Shown one piece after another: positions 47,901-56,305 of a stretch of DNA of 64,000 bases. The DNA is taken from the NCBI GenBank assembly GCA_000092065.1, contig CP000586.1. One strand, written 5' to 3'. The translations under genes and the position numbers were made by a program. Below the pieces are notes generated by a model. The model was not told where the DNA came from. It did no database searches and saw only the letters and a list, made by a program, of their open reading frames with translations. The DNA comes from Ostreococcus lucimarinus. Lineage: Eukaryota. The stretch's first letter is position 1; each line of letters starts with the position of its first letter.

Positions 47901-50900
47901 GGTGGCTCCGCGTTGCACATGGATATAGGCAGCGTCACCTCTACGGCAGTGTGGGGAGGTGGTAAAGGCGATGGTGATGAGCTCACAGCGAAAGCAGGCG
48001 CGCACGTACGTCGTGTGGATGCTCCGTATAGCGATTCTGTGTCTTTGCAGATGCAAAACGTTTTGACGATGCACACAAGCGTAACCGAAATGCGCGTCTG
48101 CGTGGCGGATTTGACCGCACGTCCTATTTTCATGTGTAGTGAAGCCACGATCGCAGGGACATTTGTGCAGGCTAGACAATACGCCCCGCGCATATTGACG
48201 GGACAAGTTGCCCTCCCTGTCGGACGAAGACGATGGGCGAAGACAAACGGACCCGACACGCCTTCGCGACCGACGGCGATGTGGTACACAGATGCGACTT
48301 TTGACATCAAAGAAGCTGATATATTTGTGGCGACGTGCATTGAGCCGTATTTGTTCAATGTGTCGCGAGAGCTCACGACGAGACTCGTCCTTCCACGCCT
48401 GCACAAGCACATTCCAGGAGGCGGAGGTGGACGTCCGCCGACGAAGGAATACGATCGAAACAATCCCAGACCGCCGAGCATGCCCTGGTGGGATATTTTG
48501 AGAAGTCAGTGGCGCGGATTAATGCGTATAACGATGATTCAGTCCGGTGCGAAGGTGGATAGTCAAGGACAGATTGAGCATCTCGGCGCGCACGGGGGAG
48601 ACTCGTTTGCGAGCGAGCTAGAGATTTTCGCCGACATGTGGGAGTTCGACATGAAGCCGCGCAACGTGGTCATTCGTAGCGCGAACTTCACGATATCAAG
48701 AATTCAAGATGATGAAGAGTGTACCGAAGCTTCGACGCCACGCGCGGATGAACCATCGCCGAAGCATAAGTTGGTCATCTTCCCGGTCATGTGCGTCAAG
48801 GCAGATTACGAATTCAAAGCCCTCCTCGATGGCGGCGATGGTCATCGTACGCACTACAGACACGACTCAACGACTGGAAAGGAGCTTTTCTCCAGAGATT
48901 TGACGCGCTCAAGTGCTTGTTTTGTGAATCTCGATGTCGATCTGGCGTCCATGGAAGAGTTCGTCACGAAAATGGTCAACGCCGCGACCATGGATCGCTT
49001 CGTCGAATACGTGAGAAATCTTACCACTGACGTGCCATCGTTCGAACACCAGGGCCACTATTCGAATCCGACCATAGCGCTGACACCAGATGACGTTGAG
49101 TTCATGAAACAATGGGAACATGGGATGAAGAAGCCAATGGTCGCGCTGCGGTCGATCTGGAACTTGCGACCGTGGGGCGCCCCGCGACGGGTAAAACACC
49201 CAGAATCGATAAGTTTGGTTGACTTGTTCGCAAGCATCGACACTGTCATCACCTCGAGCGTCATTCATGTGGTGAACGCTTCGAGCGACGAGACAGCTAA
49301 TGCGTACGGGGCGTGTTTCTGTCTCAAATCGGTGCATTGCGTCGCGAAAAAAGCGCCTCGGACCAAGGTGGAATTCACCCTGCGAGCAGATTCGTCGCAA
49401 TTCCACGTGCCTGAGCGTGACGGCAGTCTCGAACGTAAGGGATCGAGTCCACGTCGCCTCGCTAATCTTCGCGCTGGATCTATTACCAACAGACTGAACT
49501 TTGCAGAGCTCGACGACGTCGTCAAAGAGATGTTGCAAGGAAGCGCCAAGAGCCCGTCACAGGCAGATGATGGATCGGCTTCGCGCCCGACGTCCACGGA
49601 TCCAACGTTGGTATTAGACACGAAAAGACTCGAGATTACTCAGCGCAATGAAGATTCAGTGGCCAGCCAGGGCATTCAGATCGAAGTTGACGCTCCTCGG
49701 ATCTTAATTGAAGCCGAACAGCGGAACGCTATCCTCGGCTGGATCAACGCCATTTGGACGGCGGCGCAGACGGAAAGACGCGAGCCGACTTGGACCGAGC
49801 TCAATCGCATCCTAAAGTCAGCGGATAAACTGTCGGGAGTGAGTCGACGTCGCCGTGAATTAGACGATATCATGGGCGATGGACCAAGTTTGCACGCGCT
49901 AAGTGCGGAAGAGACGCTCGAAAAGAATTACGAATCACCGAAACGTGCGACGGAAGCTGTTGTGCTCTTCGTCATTCAAATCACCGCTCCGCAAATCAAT
50001 TTTAAGGGCAAAGATGCCGCTGGTCGAATGTTACTCGCAGCCGAAGGCGGACTTGTGGTTGGTAGACGAATGGACGACGGCGGTTCGACGGGTCGTCGTC
50101 TCGTCACGGTATCTTTACAACAAGTTCAAGCGTACGTGGCGCCGACGAACGTCGACTTAAACGCCGGTGTGCAGTGGTTGCGGGAAAATCATTCTTCGGT
50201 GGATGGCATACATACTTCTTTGGTTCGTGACGACGTATTCGAAAGTGGCGACGGTCGCAAAGAATCAGGTTCGCTCTTGCGACGCATTTTCGCTCCAGGT
50301 TCGATGGTTTTTGAGCACGCAAACGCCGTCACAGCGACGCAAAGTCGCATAACCGACGCCGAGTTGTACGCGTACAACGAGCCGACGGAGGCTGATGTTC
50401 AGGCTTTCGGTAAGCGCACGGCGAGCGAGACCAAAGGGGAAGCGGTGAGCCAATTTTCAATGCGTTCTCCCGAAATCGTCGCGGAAATGAATTCGAGCCA
50501 GTACGTTGTTTTGATCGACGTCATGGCGAGCCTATTCTTGACACCAGCGGCTTTGGAGCGTCCTCGACCGAGCTTTCAGGCTTCAAAGGTTTTGATGAGT
50601 CGTGATCGAACGTTGAGTGACACGGTTGCGCTTGAATCTTCAGCTATCGTCGCGAAACCGATGATGAAGTTGATGGCCGCTCGCTGGGCGGTGGAGAGTA
50701 TGGAGAAGAATTATCGCCGCGCGGTCGCTCTGGCGCCGAGCGAAAAGCAGAAAGTCCTTCGTGAAATCGATGTCCTTTGGTCCGCTGCGCAGAAGGCTGA
50801 GTTGCGCGTCCTCGCTGCGGTGCATCAAGCCGAAGAGAACGATAGGCTCTATCGGCGGCACTCCGCGATTCGATTAAGTCTCGAAATCGAACACGCGGCT

Positions 50901-52160
50901 TGGACTTTGTGGCAGGGTGGGAGTCCTTTCATCTCCGCTCAGCTCTCGCGACTGTCGCTTTCGCGCGAACGCCAGGTTGACTCTTCTGGGATGCTGCGAT
51001 TTAAGCTGCACGGTTTAAGTATGGTGTCGCTCGATGAAGGCTGCGTCGATCAGATGTTTTCTCGCTGGATTCCACCGGGAAGCGTGCACGAATCACGCGC
51101 GCGTAACGACGCGCCGTTGATTGACTTTTTCTCCATCCGCGCGGGATCGGCGCCGGAGAAACCGGTATACGACCATTTGGAGCTGAGTGTGCAACCGTTC
51201 GAGGTGGACATCAAGCACTCGCAGTACAAAATGATTTACCAATATCTCTTTCCAATGACGAAGTCCAGCGATCACGACGCGTTTGAGAATGTTTACAGGC
51301 GTCCGGCGCTCGCCAAGAATGCGGAGATGTCGCCGCGCGAGAGCTTGATTCGGGCGCAATCTATAAACGCAAAGGGTGTGCATCTGACGCCGCTTGAATT
51401 GCCGTCGGAGATGTCGGCGTCAAAGCATCGGCGACGATGGCGTTGGAACGAAGAAAAAGATGAAGTTCTCGAAGAGTTTGAAGACGTGCATGCGAAAAAG
51501 GGCGAAAAGGGTATTGATCACAAAACCGTACTTTTGCGCTATTTCAGAATTCATCCTCTGCACATGGAGATGACGTACGAAGGCAAATCACGCGGGTTCA
51601 GAGACTTGCAACTCGGCGTCGACGCCTTTGCGTACGAAAACTTTTCCGGTCGCTGGCGTGACTTGACGTCAGAGCTTAAAAACCACATCGTATGGAGCGT
51701 GTTGAAATCGCTCGTCGGCTTTCGAGGAAAGTTTGTCGAGAGCAAGATCGATGACACGCAGTCCATCTTCATGCGCGTCGCGGAGCGGTTGAAGAAAACT
51801 GCCAACTTGCTCCCGAAGCCCAAACCAGAAACTTCCAGCGGCGCCGAGCACGATTCCGAGTCGGAGACGGCCGTCGACGACCGAATTAAGTCGCAGACGT
51901 CCCAGGCCGAACTCTTTCGCACCGGATGGAACGACGTCGACGTCGATATCGAAGTACCGCGCGGCGATGGTCGAAAAGCGCCGTCGCGACGCTTCTCGAG
52001 GAAGAAGAAGAAACCTCGCCGCATCCGCCCAATCAAAAACACCAAGAAATTCCTCGCCACGGTCGGCATTGGCTCCTACACGCCGAGCGGTGCCGAGGGA
52101 ACGCCTTCTTTGCGCAGCCGCACCGAAGTCATCGACGCGTGGTCCACCCCAAACTTGTAA
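44901..52160 (+). CDS. SABRE/KIP/BLTP2 (Fmp27/Hobbit)-like bridge lipid-transfer protein, exon 2 (about 2,419 aa)
   Basis: The giant ORF has TTG as its track start at 44925. The frame is open back to an ACAG| acceptor at 44900, with an ACTGAC branch 23 nt upstream. The N-terminal region aligns with plant SABRE (ASVEFRVGGWNCVRDVVVKF ~ LSIDSFGITSVRGVSVSF; RGKWMVLANMARFLSVSVTDLVV ~ RGKWRLMKGIASFVDITVVSLTV). The size and architecture fit BLTP2. Confidence 0.85.
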   Translation, partial: ASFVNRSGLRLSIDSFGITSVRGVSVSFNKPGTALRRVQIAEIAYVGNASTIVTWLLNFALRKASGKHLRDDLPRVGEKNGKTRSKSDDGFAEMTPRGNDSPSSDGTPASGRRRFIRFGVGSLKAAFVVSGVEITTRSKADINTEDGLQKQSSDLGRAKMTNTKKKAMTRGKWRLMKGIASFVDITVVSLTVREEDDDDVDMLFCDKLTFEASGKAGASLKFLITARMLRGKDGWSMTDTNVNLVAEFDSETKTIVPVHAGLSGSTLSLVKRVGERAKKIETKTDLAPITVKQQQGPHKAVRGLLKVPRKCKIEFKRVVMENKNQEAPLTGVMTHMQFSVERVSASKKGFRLFRKQQQVVSPFASTAFEADAWAEVNMSVADAKLVHGKHQTLALINAPSASVFLSLSEKALGDGGKLPATATFTVDSCDFRHHADAADLVAALKAQKTKSRNGSTKSTNTKKNSAPWDVVDAQMMCKTSLCARMYDEHGATSCQFLTEQIRGRYGNLVDEGTCMLVSSSASDKRGVCTMSRVQVTVPGYHPVVQIEAISVALSEAAGNAVELSETTIDLNMNEAGELAKKIDAVAKRAKATMASAKGDSSDKATSSNKVKKSTRVILVDTAMRARCTMTPYSTFGEIPQNSRGDEPVECALDISCPLAEMSQPEANLTRMAAGGFTVSMYDTIQRPAKAEEAKKDSRWVGRVNYEEVAVENNRVMLVGSLDVEYKQGANKRAAVSVEGVEFDWEPDAHFLALEISNLAKAAKPAKMSTDGTQNASKDQTKLDLSFDVRKVSGSFFVTPGACAQVSFGLMDARPLEKTCCVRDVTFGMNGYTITELELISVTQDECERTLPHVAAITHEDAEDIARRRKFQIVVEKAKLMLPANLDLGDAMVAMIIGEAVFSDVVKTTGKRAKKERISLAANLPACAESSPSKPATEINVKVSSIEIEVEDSNDLERFMRAKQAALGSCIAAAEFTSSTEEAMRSITTTYLQHKEFLANGGGSALHMDIGSVTSTAVWGGGKGDGDELTAKAGAHVRRVDAPYSDSVSLQMQNVLTMHTSVTEMRVCVADLTARPIFMCSEATIAGTFVQARQYAPRILTGQVALPVGRRRWAKTNGPDTPSRPTAMWYTDATFDIKEADIFVATCIEPYLFNVSRELTTRLVLPRLHKHIPGGGGGRPPTKEYDRNNPRPPSMPWWDILRSQWRGLMRITMIQSGAKVDSQGQIEHLGAHGGDSFASELEIFADMWEFDMKPRNVVIRSANFTISRIQDDEECTEASTPRADEPSPKHKLVIFPVMCVKADYEFKALLDGGDGHRTHYRHDSTTGKELFSRDLTRSSACFVNLDVDLASMEEFVTKMVNAATMDRFVEYVRNLTTDVPSFEHQGHYSNPTIALTPDDVEFMKQWEHGMKKPMVALRSIWNLRPWGAPRRVKHPESISLVDLFASIDTVITSSVIHVVNASSDETANAYGACFCLKSVHCVAKKAPRTKVEFTLRADSSQFHVPERDGSLERKGSSPRRLANLRAGSITNRLNFAELDDVVKEMLQGSAKSPSQADDGSASRPTSTDPTLVLDTKRLEITQRNEDSVASQGIQIEVDAPRILIEAEQRNAILGWINAIWTAAQTERREPTWTELNRILKSADKLSGVSRRRRELDDIMGDGPSLHALSAEETLEKNYESPKRATEAVVLFVIQITAPQINFKGKDAAGRMLLAAEGGLVVGRRMDDGGSTGRRLVTVSLQQVQAYVAPTNVDLNAGVQWLRENHSSVDGIHTSLVRDDVFESGDGRKESGSLLRRIFAPGSMVFEHANAVTATQSRITDAELYAYNEPTEADVQAFGKRTASETKGEAVSQFSMRSPEIVAEMNSSQYVVLIDVMASLFLTPAALERPRPSFQASKVLMSRDRTLSDTVALESSAIVAKPMMKLMAARWAVESMEKNYRRAVALAPSEKQKVLREIDVLWSAAQKAELRVLAAVHQAEENDRLYRRHSAIRLSLEIEHAAWTLWQGGSPFISAQLSRLSLSRERQVDSSGMLRFKLHGLSMVSLDEGCVDQMFSRWIPPGSVHESRARNDAPLIDFFSIRAGSAPEKPVYDHLELSVQPFEVDIKHSQYKMIYQYLFPMTKSSDHDAFENVYRRPALAKNAEMSPRESLIRAQSINAKGVHLTPLELPSEMSASKHRRRWRWNEEKDEVLEEFEDVHAKKGEKGIDHKTVLLRYFRIHPLHMEMTYEGKSRGFRDLQLGVDAFAYENFSGRWRDLTSELKNHIVWSVLKSLVGFRGKFVESKIDDTQSIFMRVAERLKKTANLLPKPKPETSSGAEHDSESETAVDDRIKSQTSQAELFRTGWNDVDVDIEVPRGDGRKAPSRRFSRKKKKPRRIRPIKNTKKFLATVGIGSYTPSGAEGTPSLRSRTEVIDAWSTPNL

Positions 52161-52310
52161 CGTTGTAATACTACTCGCGGCGTCAAACTGCAGAAAGGGG
52201 AACGAGCACGAAAAAGAGACGATTTGTCTCTCCGAGTGCGCAATCGCTCGCCCGGCGTCACTTCGCGCCTCGCGCGCGCGGCGAACGCGCATCCCGAGAC
52301 GAAGCACACG

Positions 52311-53456
52311 ATGCCCACGTCACCGCTCGCCGATCGCGCGCCGCTGAGCGACGCCGACGCGAACGCGAACGCGAACGATGATGGATTCATGAGCCACGCG
52401 CCGCGCGCCATCAAATTACGAAACGTCGCGACGCACCACCCGGTGCGTAAACTCGGCCCGAGCACGGGCGTCGAGGCGATCTTGGGCGGTGATGAAAACG
52501 CGCCGTTCGCGCAGAACGCGCAGAGGAAGTGGAACGAGAACCGGGCGAGACAGCACGCGGGGGCGAATCTGTTCGGCGCGGCGTCGCCGGCGAAGCGAGA
52601 CGCGCGAGAGGAAAGAATCAAAGATGCGAATGGGAAACTCGCGGACGTCGGCGCGAGGTACGACATCGTGAGCGCGAAGACGTTAACGCTGCAAGAGTTG
52701 AGACAGGCGTGCCGGGCGCGAGGGGTGAATCCTGGGGGAAGTAAGGATGCGCTGTGCGAACGGTTGGAGGACGCGATAAAGGCGGGCGCGCCGCCGCTGA
52801 CGTTAGATTCGAGACCGACGACGCAACGAAGTGCGATTGGAGCGGGTGCGCGATTTACGAGTAAGGCGTGCGAAGTGCGGGCGCCGTCGATGGCGCAGCG
52901 CGAACTGCGCGAGTCGCAACAGATTTGGCGAAGCCAGCAAAACGGACACGACATCTTCGGGACGTCCTTCGGCGACGCGGAGACAAAGAAGCGGAAAGTC
53001 GTCGAGGGACCGAAGACGACGTTTTCATTCGAAGCCATCACGCAGTCGTACGTCGACGAGGGCGCTGTCGCGACGAAGGAGGCCGACGTCGCGCCCAAGC
53101 GTGCGAAGCGCGAAGCGCCGGCTTCCACGAATCCCATCACCGACGCCTTCGTTGAAGCGCCCAAGGCGGAGGTCGAGACGATGGCGGACCATCGCAAATC
53201 GGCGTGGTCGAATTTCCAAGGCGCGGGTTTGTTCTCCGAACACTGGACGACCGCGGAAGACGAAGCAGCGGCCGACGAGGCGCTCGTGAAATCATCCACC
53301 ACCGAAACCGGCGCGTGGAAGACGCTCGAAGAAGAGCAAGACGAGCAGGACGAAGACGAGGCCGAGGCCATCGCCGAGCGCGAGGCCGACGAAGCCGTCG
53401 CGGCGGCAGAGCGCGAGTTAGCCGAAGAGCTCGCTCGCGAAGAGCAATCCGACTAG
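52311..53456 (+). CDS. SAP-domain protein with acidic C-terminus
   Basis: SAP motif LTLQELRQACRARGVNPGGSKDALCERLEDAIK. The track start at 52224 is TTG; the first ATG is 52311. Confidence 0.55.
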   Translation: MPTSPLADRAPLSDADANANANDDGFMSHAPRAIKLRNVATHHPVRKLGPSTGVEAILGGDENAPFAQNAQRKWNENRARQHAGANLFGAASPAKRDAREERIKDANGKLADVGARYDIVSAKTLTLQELRQACRARGVNPGGSKDALCERLEDAIKAGAPPLTLDSRPTTQRSAIGAGARFTSKACEVRAPSMAQRELRESQQIWRSQQNGHDIFGTSFGDAETKKRKVVEGPKTTFSFEAITQSYVDEGAVATKEADVAPKRAKREAPASTNPITDAFVEAPKAEVETMADHRKSAWSNFQGAGLFSEHWTTAEDEAAADEALVKSSTTETGAWKTLEEEQDEQDEDEAEAIAEREADEAVAAAERELAEELAREEQSD

Positions 53457-53785
53457 CGGCGGCCGAGCGCAAGTGAGCTTAAGAGCTCGCGAGCCTAAGA
53501 GCTCGCTCGCGAAGAGCCATCCGACGCGTCGGCGCCGAACGCTCGCGACTTCGTCTCGCCGCACGCGCGCGCGAGCCGACACACGCCGAAACGCCCTTCG
53601 TCGCGCGTTCTTTTTCATGTAATCTCATCGTCACCGACTCACGCGTCTCGCGCCCTCCCGTCGCGATCCGTCATCCGCGCCGTCTCTCGCGCCGCGCCTC
53701 CGCCCGGCGCCTCGGCGCGGTGCTTTTTGAGATCCATCGTCATCCGCACATCGACGCCCGCGCCCCCCACGCGCGCGAGCGCGCG

Positions 53786-54991
53786 ATGAAGATCAAGTGC
53801 GGTCAGTGCGGAGAGGTGTTCGCGGACATCGCGCGCGCGAAATCGCACGGCGCGACGACCGGACACGACAGTTTCGAAGCCGCGAACGATGACGATGCGA
53901 CCGCGACCGCGACGGCACACGCGACGAACGCGACGCCCGTCGACGGTGACGCCGCGCCGGACGCGGTGAAAGAAGACGCGACGACGCGCGATGAGGCGTC
54001 GACGCTGAAAGAACCGAGCGTGCGCGAGGATTTATTGCAAGAATTGACGGAATTGATGGGATTCGGGAGAAACAAAGCCGTGCGCGCGTTGTACTACTCG
54101 AAGGCGGATTCCGCGGAACGGGCGATCGATTGGATAGAGCGACACGAAGACGATGCGGACGTGAACGAACCGTTGTTGGTGGAAGATGAAGGCTTGAAGG
54201 CGCGAGAGGTGAAGACGGTGAGTAAGATGACGCCGGAGGAAGCCAAGGCAAAGGCGGACGAGTTGCGTAGAAACGCGGCCGCTAAAAAGGCGGAGCGGTT
54301 GTTGGAGGAGAAGGAGATGGAACGACTGCGAGAGCAAGAACGGATCCGGAGCGGGAAAGAATTGTTGGAGGCGAAGAAGTTGGAAGATGATCTCAGTTTG
54401 AAGCGAAATGCCGAGCAGAGGGCGGCGGAGAAGGCGGAGATGGATCGAGCGCGCGCCGCGATTCGCGTGAAAATCGACGAAGACAGACGAGAGCGTCGAC
54501 GAAAGCTCGGATTGCCGGAGGAGTTATCGCCCGAGGAGATGGAGGAGGAGCGTCAACGCGAGGAGGCGCGTGCGCAGGCGGCGCAAGAGGAGATAGCTCG
54601 CAAGGCTGCGGCGGGGATGTACGTCAAACCGGTTTCGAAATTGGAAAATTTACGCAAGCACTTGGTGGACATTAAAAAGGCGTTCGCCGAAGACGCCGAC
54701 GCCGTGACGACGTGCTTTAAGACGCTGTTGACGTACCTCGGCAACATCGCCCGCGATCCGAGCGAAGAAAAGTATCGCTCTATCAAGCTCTCCAACGCCG
54801 CGTTTCAAAAGCGCGTCGCCGCCGTGGGGGGCGAAATCTATCTCTTGGAATTTGGTTTCGTCGAAACTGTCGACGACGCCGGAGAAAAGCGTCTCGTGTT
54901 ACCGCGCGACGGCGCCGACCCGGTGTTATTGCGCACCGCGGGCGAGGAGCTTCACGGCGCGATTGAGAATCCATTCTTTGGCGCGCTTTAG
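53786..54991 (+). CDS. C2H2-like zinc finger + UBA + coiled coil + PUB(PUG) domain protein
   Basis: A zinc finger (KIKCGQCGEVFADIARAKSHGATTGH) precedes a UBA domain (LLQELTELMGFGRNKAVRALYYSKADSAERAIDWI). A K/E coiled coil and a PUB domain (TLLTYLGNIARDPSEEKYRSIKLSNAAFQKRV) follow. ATG at 53786. Confidence 0.6.
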   Translation: MKIKCGQCGEVFADIARAKSHGATTGHDSFEAANDDDATATATAHATNATPVDGDAAPDAVKEDATTRDEASTLKEPSVREDLLQELTELMGFGRNKAVRALYYSKADSAERAIDWIERHEDDADVNEPLLVEDEGLKAREVKTVSKMTPEEAKAKADELRRNAAAKKAERLLEEKEMERLREQERIRSGKELLEAKKLEDDLSLKRNAEQRAAEKAEMDRARAAIRVKIDEDRRERRRKLGLPEELSPEEMEEERQREEARAQAAQEEIARKAAAGMYVKPVSKLENLRKHLVDIKKAFAEDADAVTTCFKTLLTYLGNIARDPSEEKYRSIKLSNAAFQKRVAAVGGEIYLLEFGFVETVDDAGEKRLVLPRDGADPVLLRTAGEELHGAIENPFFGAL

Positions 54992-55136
54992 CCACGATAT
55001 TCCGTATCTCTTGAAATGAAACACCGACCACATTCGTTCCTTCGTCGGCGTTCGGTTCGCCGCGCTCTCCGGCGCCTCATTCTCCAGCGCGCGACGACGA
55101 CCGCGACCGCGCCGCCGCGCGTCGCCGCGTCGATCG

Positions 55137-56063
55137 ATGGCGCGGAAGAAGACAAAGAAGCGTCCGGTCATCGCGCGCGACGACGTCGAGTCGCGCGCGA
55201 CGCTCAAAAGCGACGATGAAACGGAAGATTACGACGACGCGGATTCGTCGCCCGCGCGCGTTCCGAACGGCGTGGACGCCTCGCGCGTCGCGTTCGGCGC
55301 GCGGGCGTCGCCGTCGCGCGTCCGAGGCGAAGACGAAGGACCGGTGAAGCTGTGCGTCACGGTGCGGCCGCAGGTCGTCGTCGACGACGACGAAGCGTCG
55401 ATGCGGATAGATATTTTAGAAGAGGTCGTGGAGGATTTGAAGCTCGAGCTCGACGGGTACCGAGCGGCGGCGCGGGAGTTGGCGATCGAGATCGAGGCGA
55501 AGGATAGAGCGCTCGAGGCGAGCGCGAGGGACACGCGACACGAAAAGACGGAGGGACGCGCGCTGGCCGTGCGCGAGGCCACGGCGAGATTGACGGATAG
55601 ATTGGAAAAGGCGGAGAAAGCGGTCGAGCGCGAACGCGGGGATGGCGATCGAGGACGCAAAGCTTTGGAGACGCTGAAGAAAATGGAAGCCGAACTCGAG
55701 CGGCGGATGTGCGACCAAGACGAGGCGTTCGAGCTCAAGTGGGCGCAGCGCGTGGCGGAGGCTAACGCCGATCGAGACGCGTTTCGTGGTAAACTCGCCA
55801 AGCTGGAGGGCGAGATGGAGACGGTTAAAATCTCGGAAGAACGCGCTCGGAGCGAATTGGTTTCGGCGAAACGTCAAATCGACGAGTTACAGCTCCGTCT
55901 AGCCCGAGCGCTTTCCGCGCCCGCACCGCGCGGAAACGAGCGCACGGACGATCCACGCGACGTCGTCGACGACGACGCGTCGAAACCTCGTCGTGGTTTC
56001 TTTTCCTTCATCACGGGCGTGCCCGAGGCGCCGAAATCGGACCGTCCCGTCGTCGACGCCTAG
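55137..56063 (+). CDS. hypothetical coiled-coil protein
   Basis: ATG at 55137. The N-terminus is basic (MARKKTKKRP), and coiled-coil heptads run through the middle. No family recognised. Confidence 0.4.
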   Translation: MARKKTKKRPVIARDDVESRATLKSDDETEDYDDADSSPARVPNGVDASRVAFGARASPSRVRGEDEGPVKLCVTVRPQVVVDDDEASMRIDILEEVVEDLKLELDGYRAAARELAIEIEAKDRALEASARDTRHEKTEGRALAVREATARLTDRLEKAEKAVERERGDGDRGRKALETLKKMEAELERRMCDQDEAFELKWAQRVAEANADRDAFRGKLAKLEGEMETVKISEERARSELVSAKRQIDELQLRLARALSAPAPRGNERTDDPRDVVDDDASKPRRGFFSFITGVPEAPKSDRPVVDA

Positions 56064-56305
56064 CCCGCGCCGTCTCGACGTTCAACCCATCGCAACGCAT
56101 CACAGACACCGACGACCGACGCGTATTAATCCATGCATCCGCCCACGCGTCTCGCGCCCGATCGCTCGCGCGCGCGGCGCCCCGCGTCCCGGTCTTCGTC
56201 TCTCGCGCGTCGCGTCGATTTAAATCAGTTGGGACAGCCGCGCGCGCGGGCCATCGCACTTGACCGTCATTCCTCGACGCGCCTCGCGCGCCGTCGCGCG
56301 CGCCG

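Noticed and set aside
47510-48481. 323-aa minus-strand ORF inside the SABRE gene, and a similar one at 52076..53371 (-) inside the SAP gene
   Set aside because: They are antisense to long conserved sense ORFs. Their products lack motifs. They are typical antisense open frames of high-GC coding DNA.
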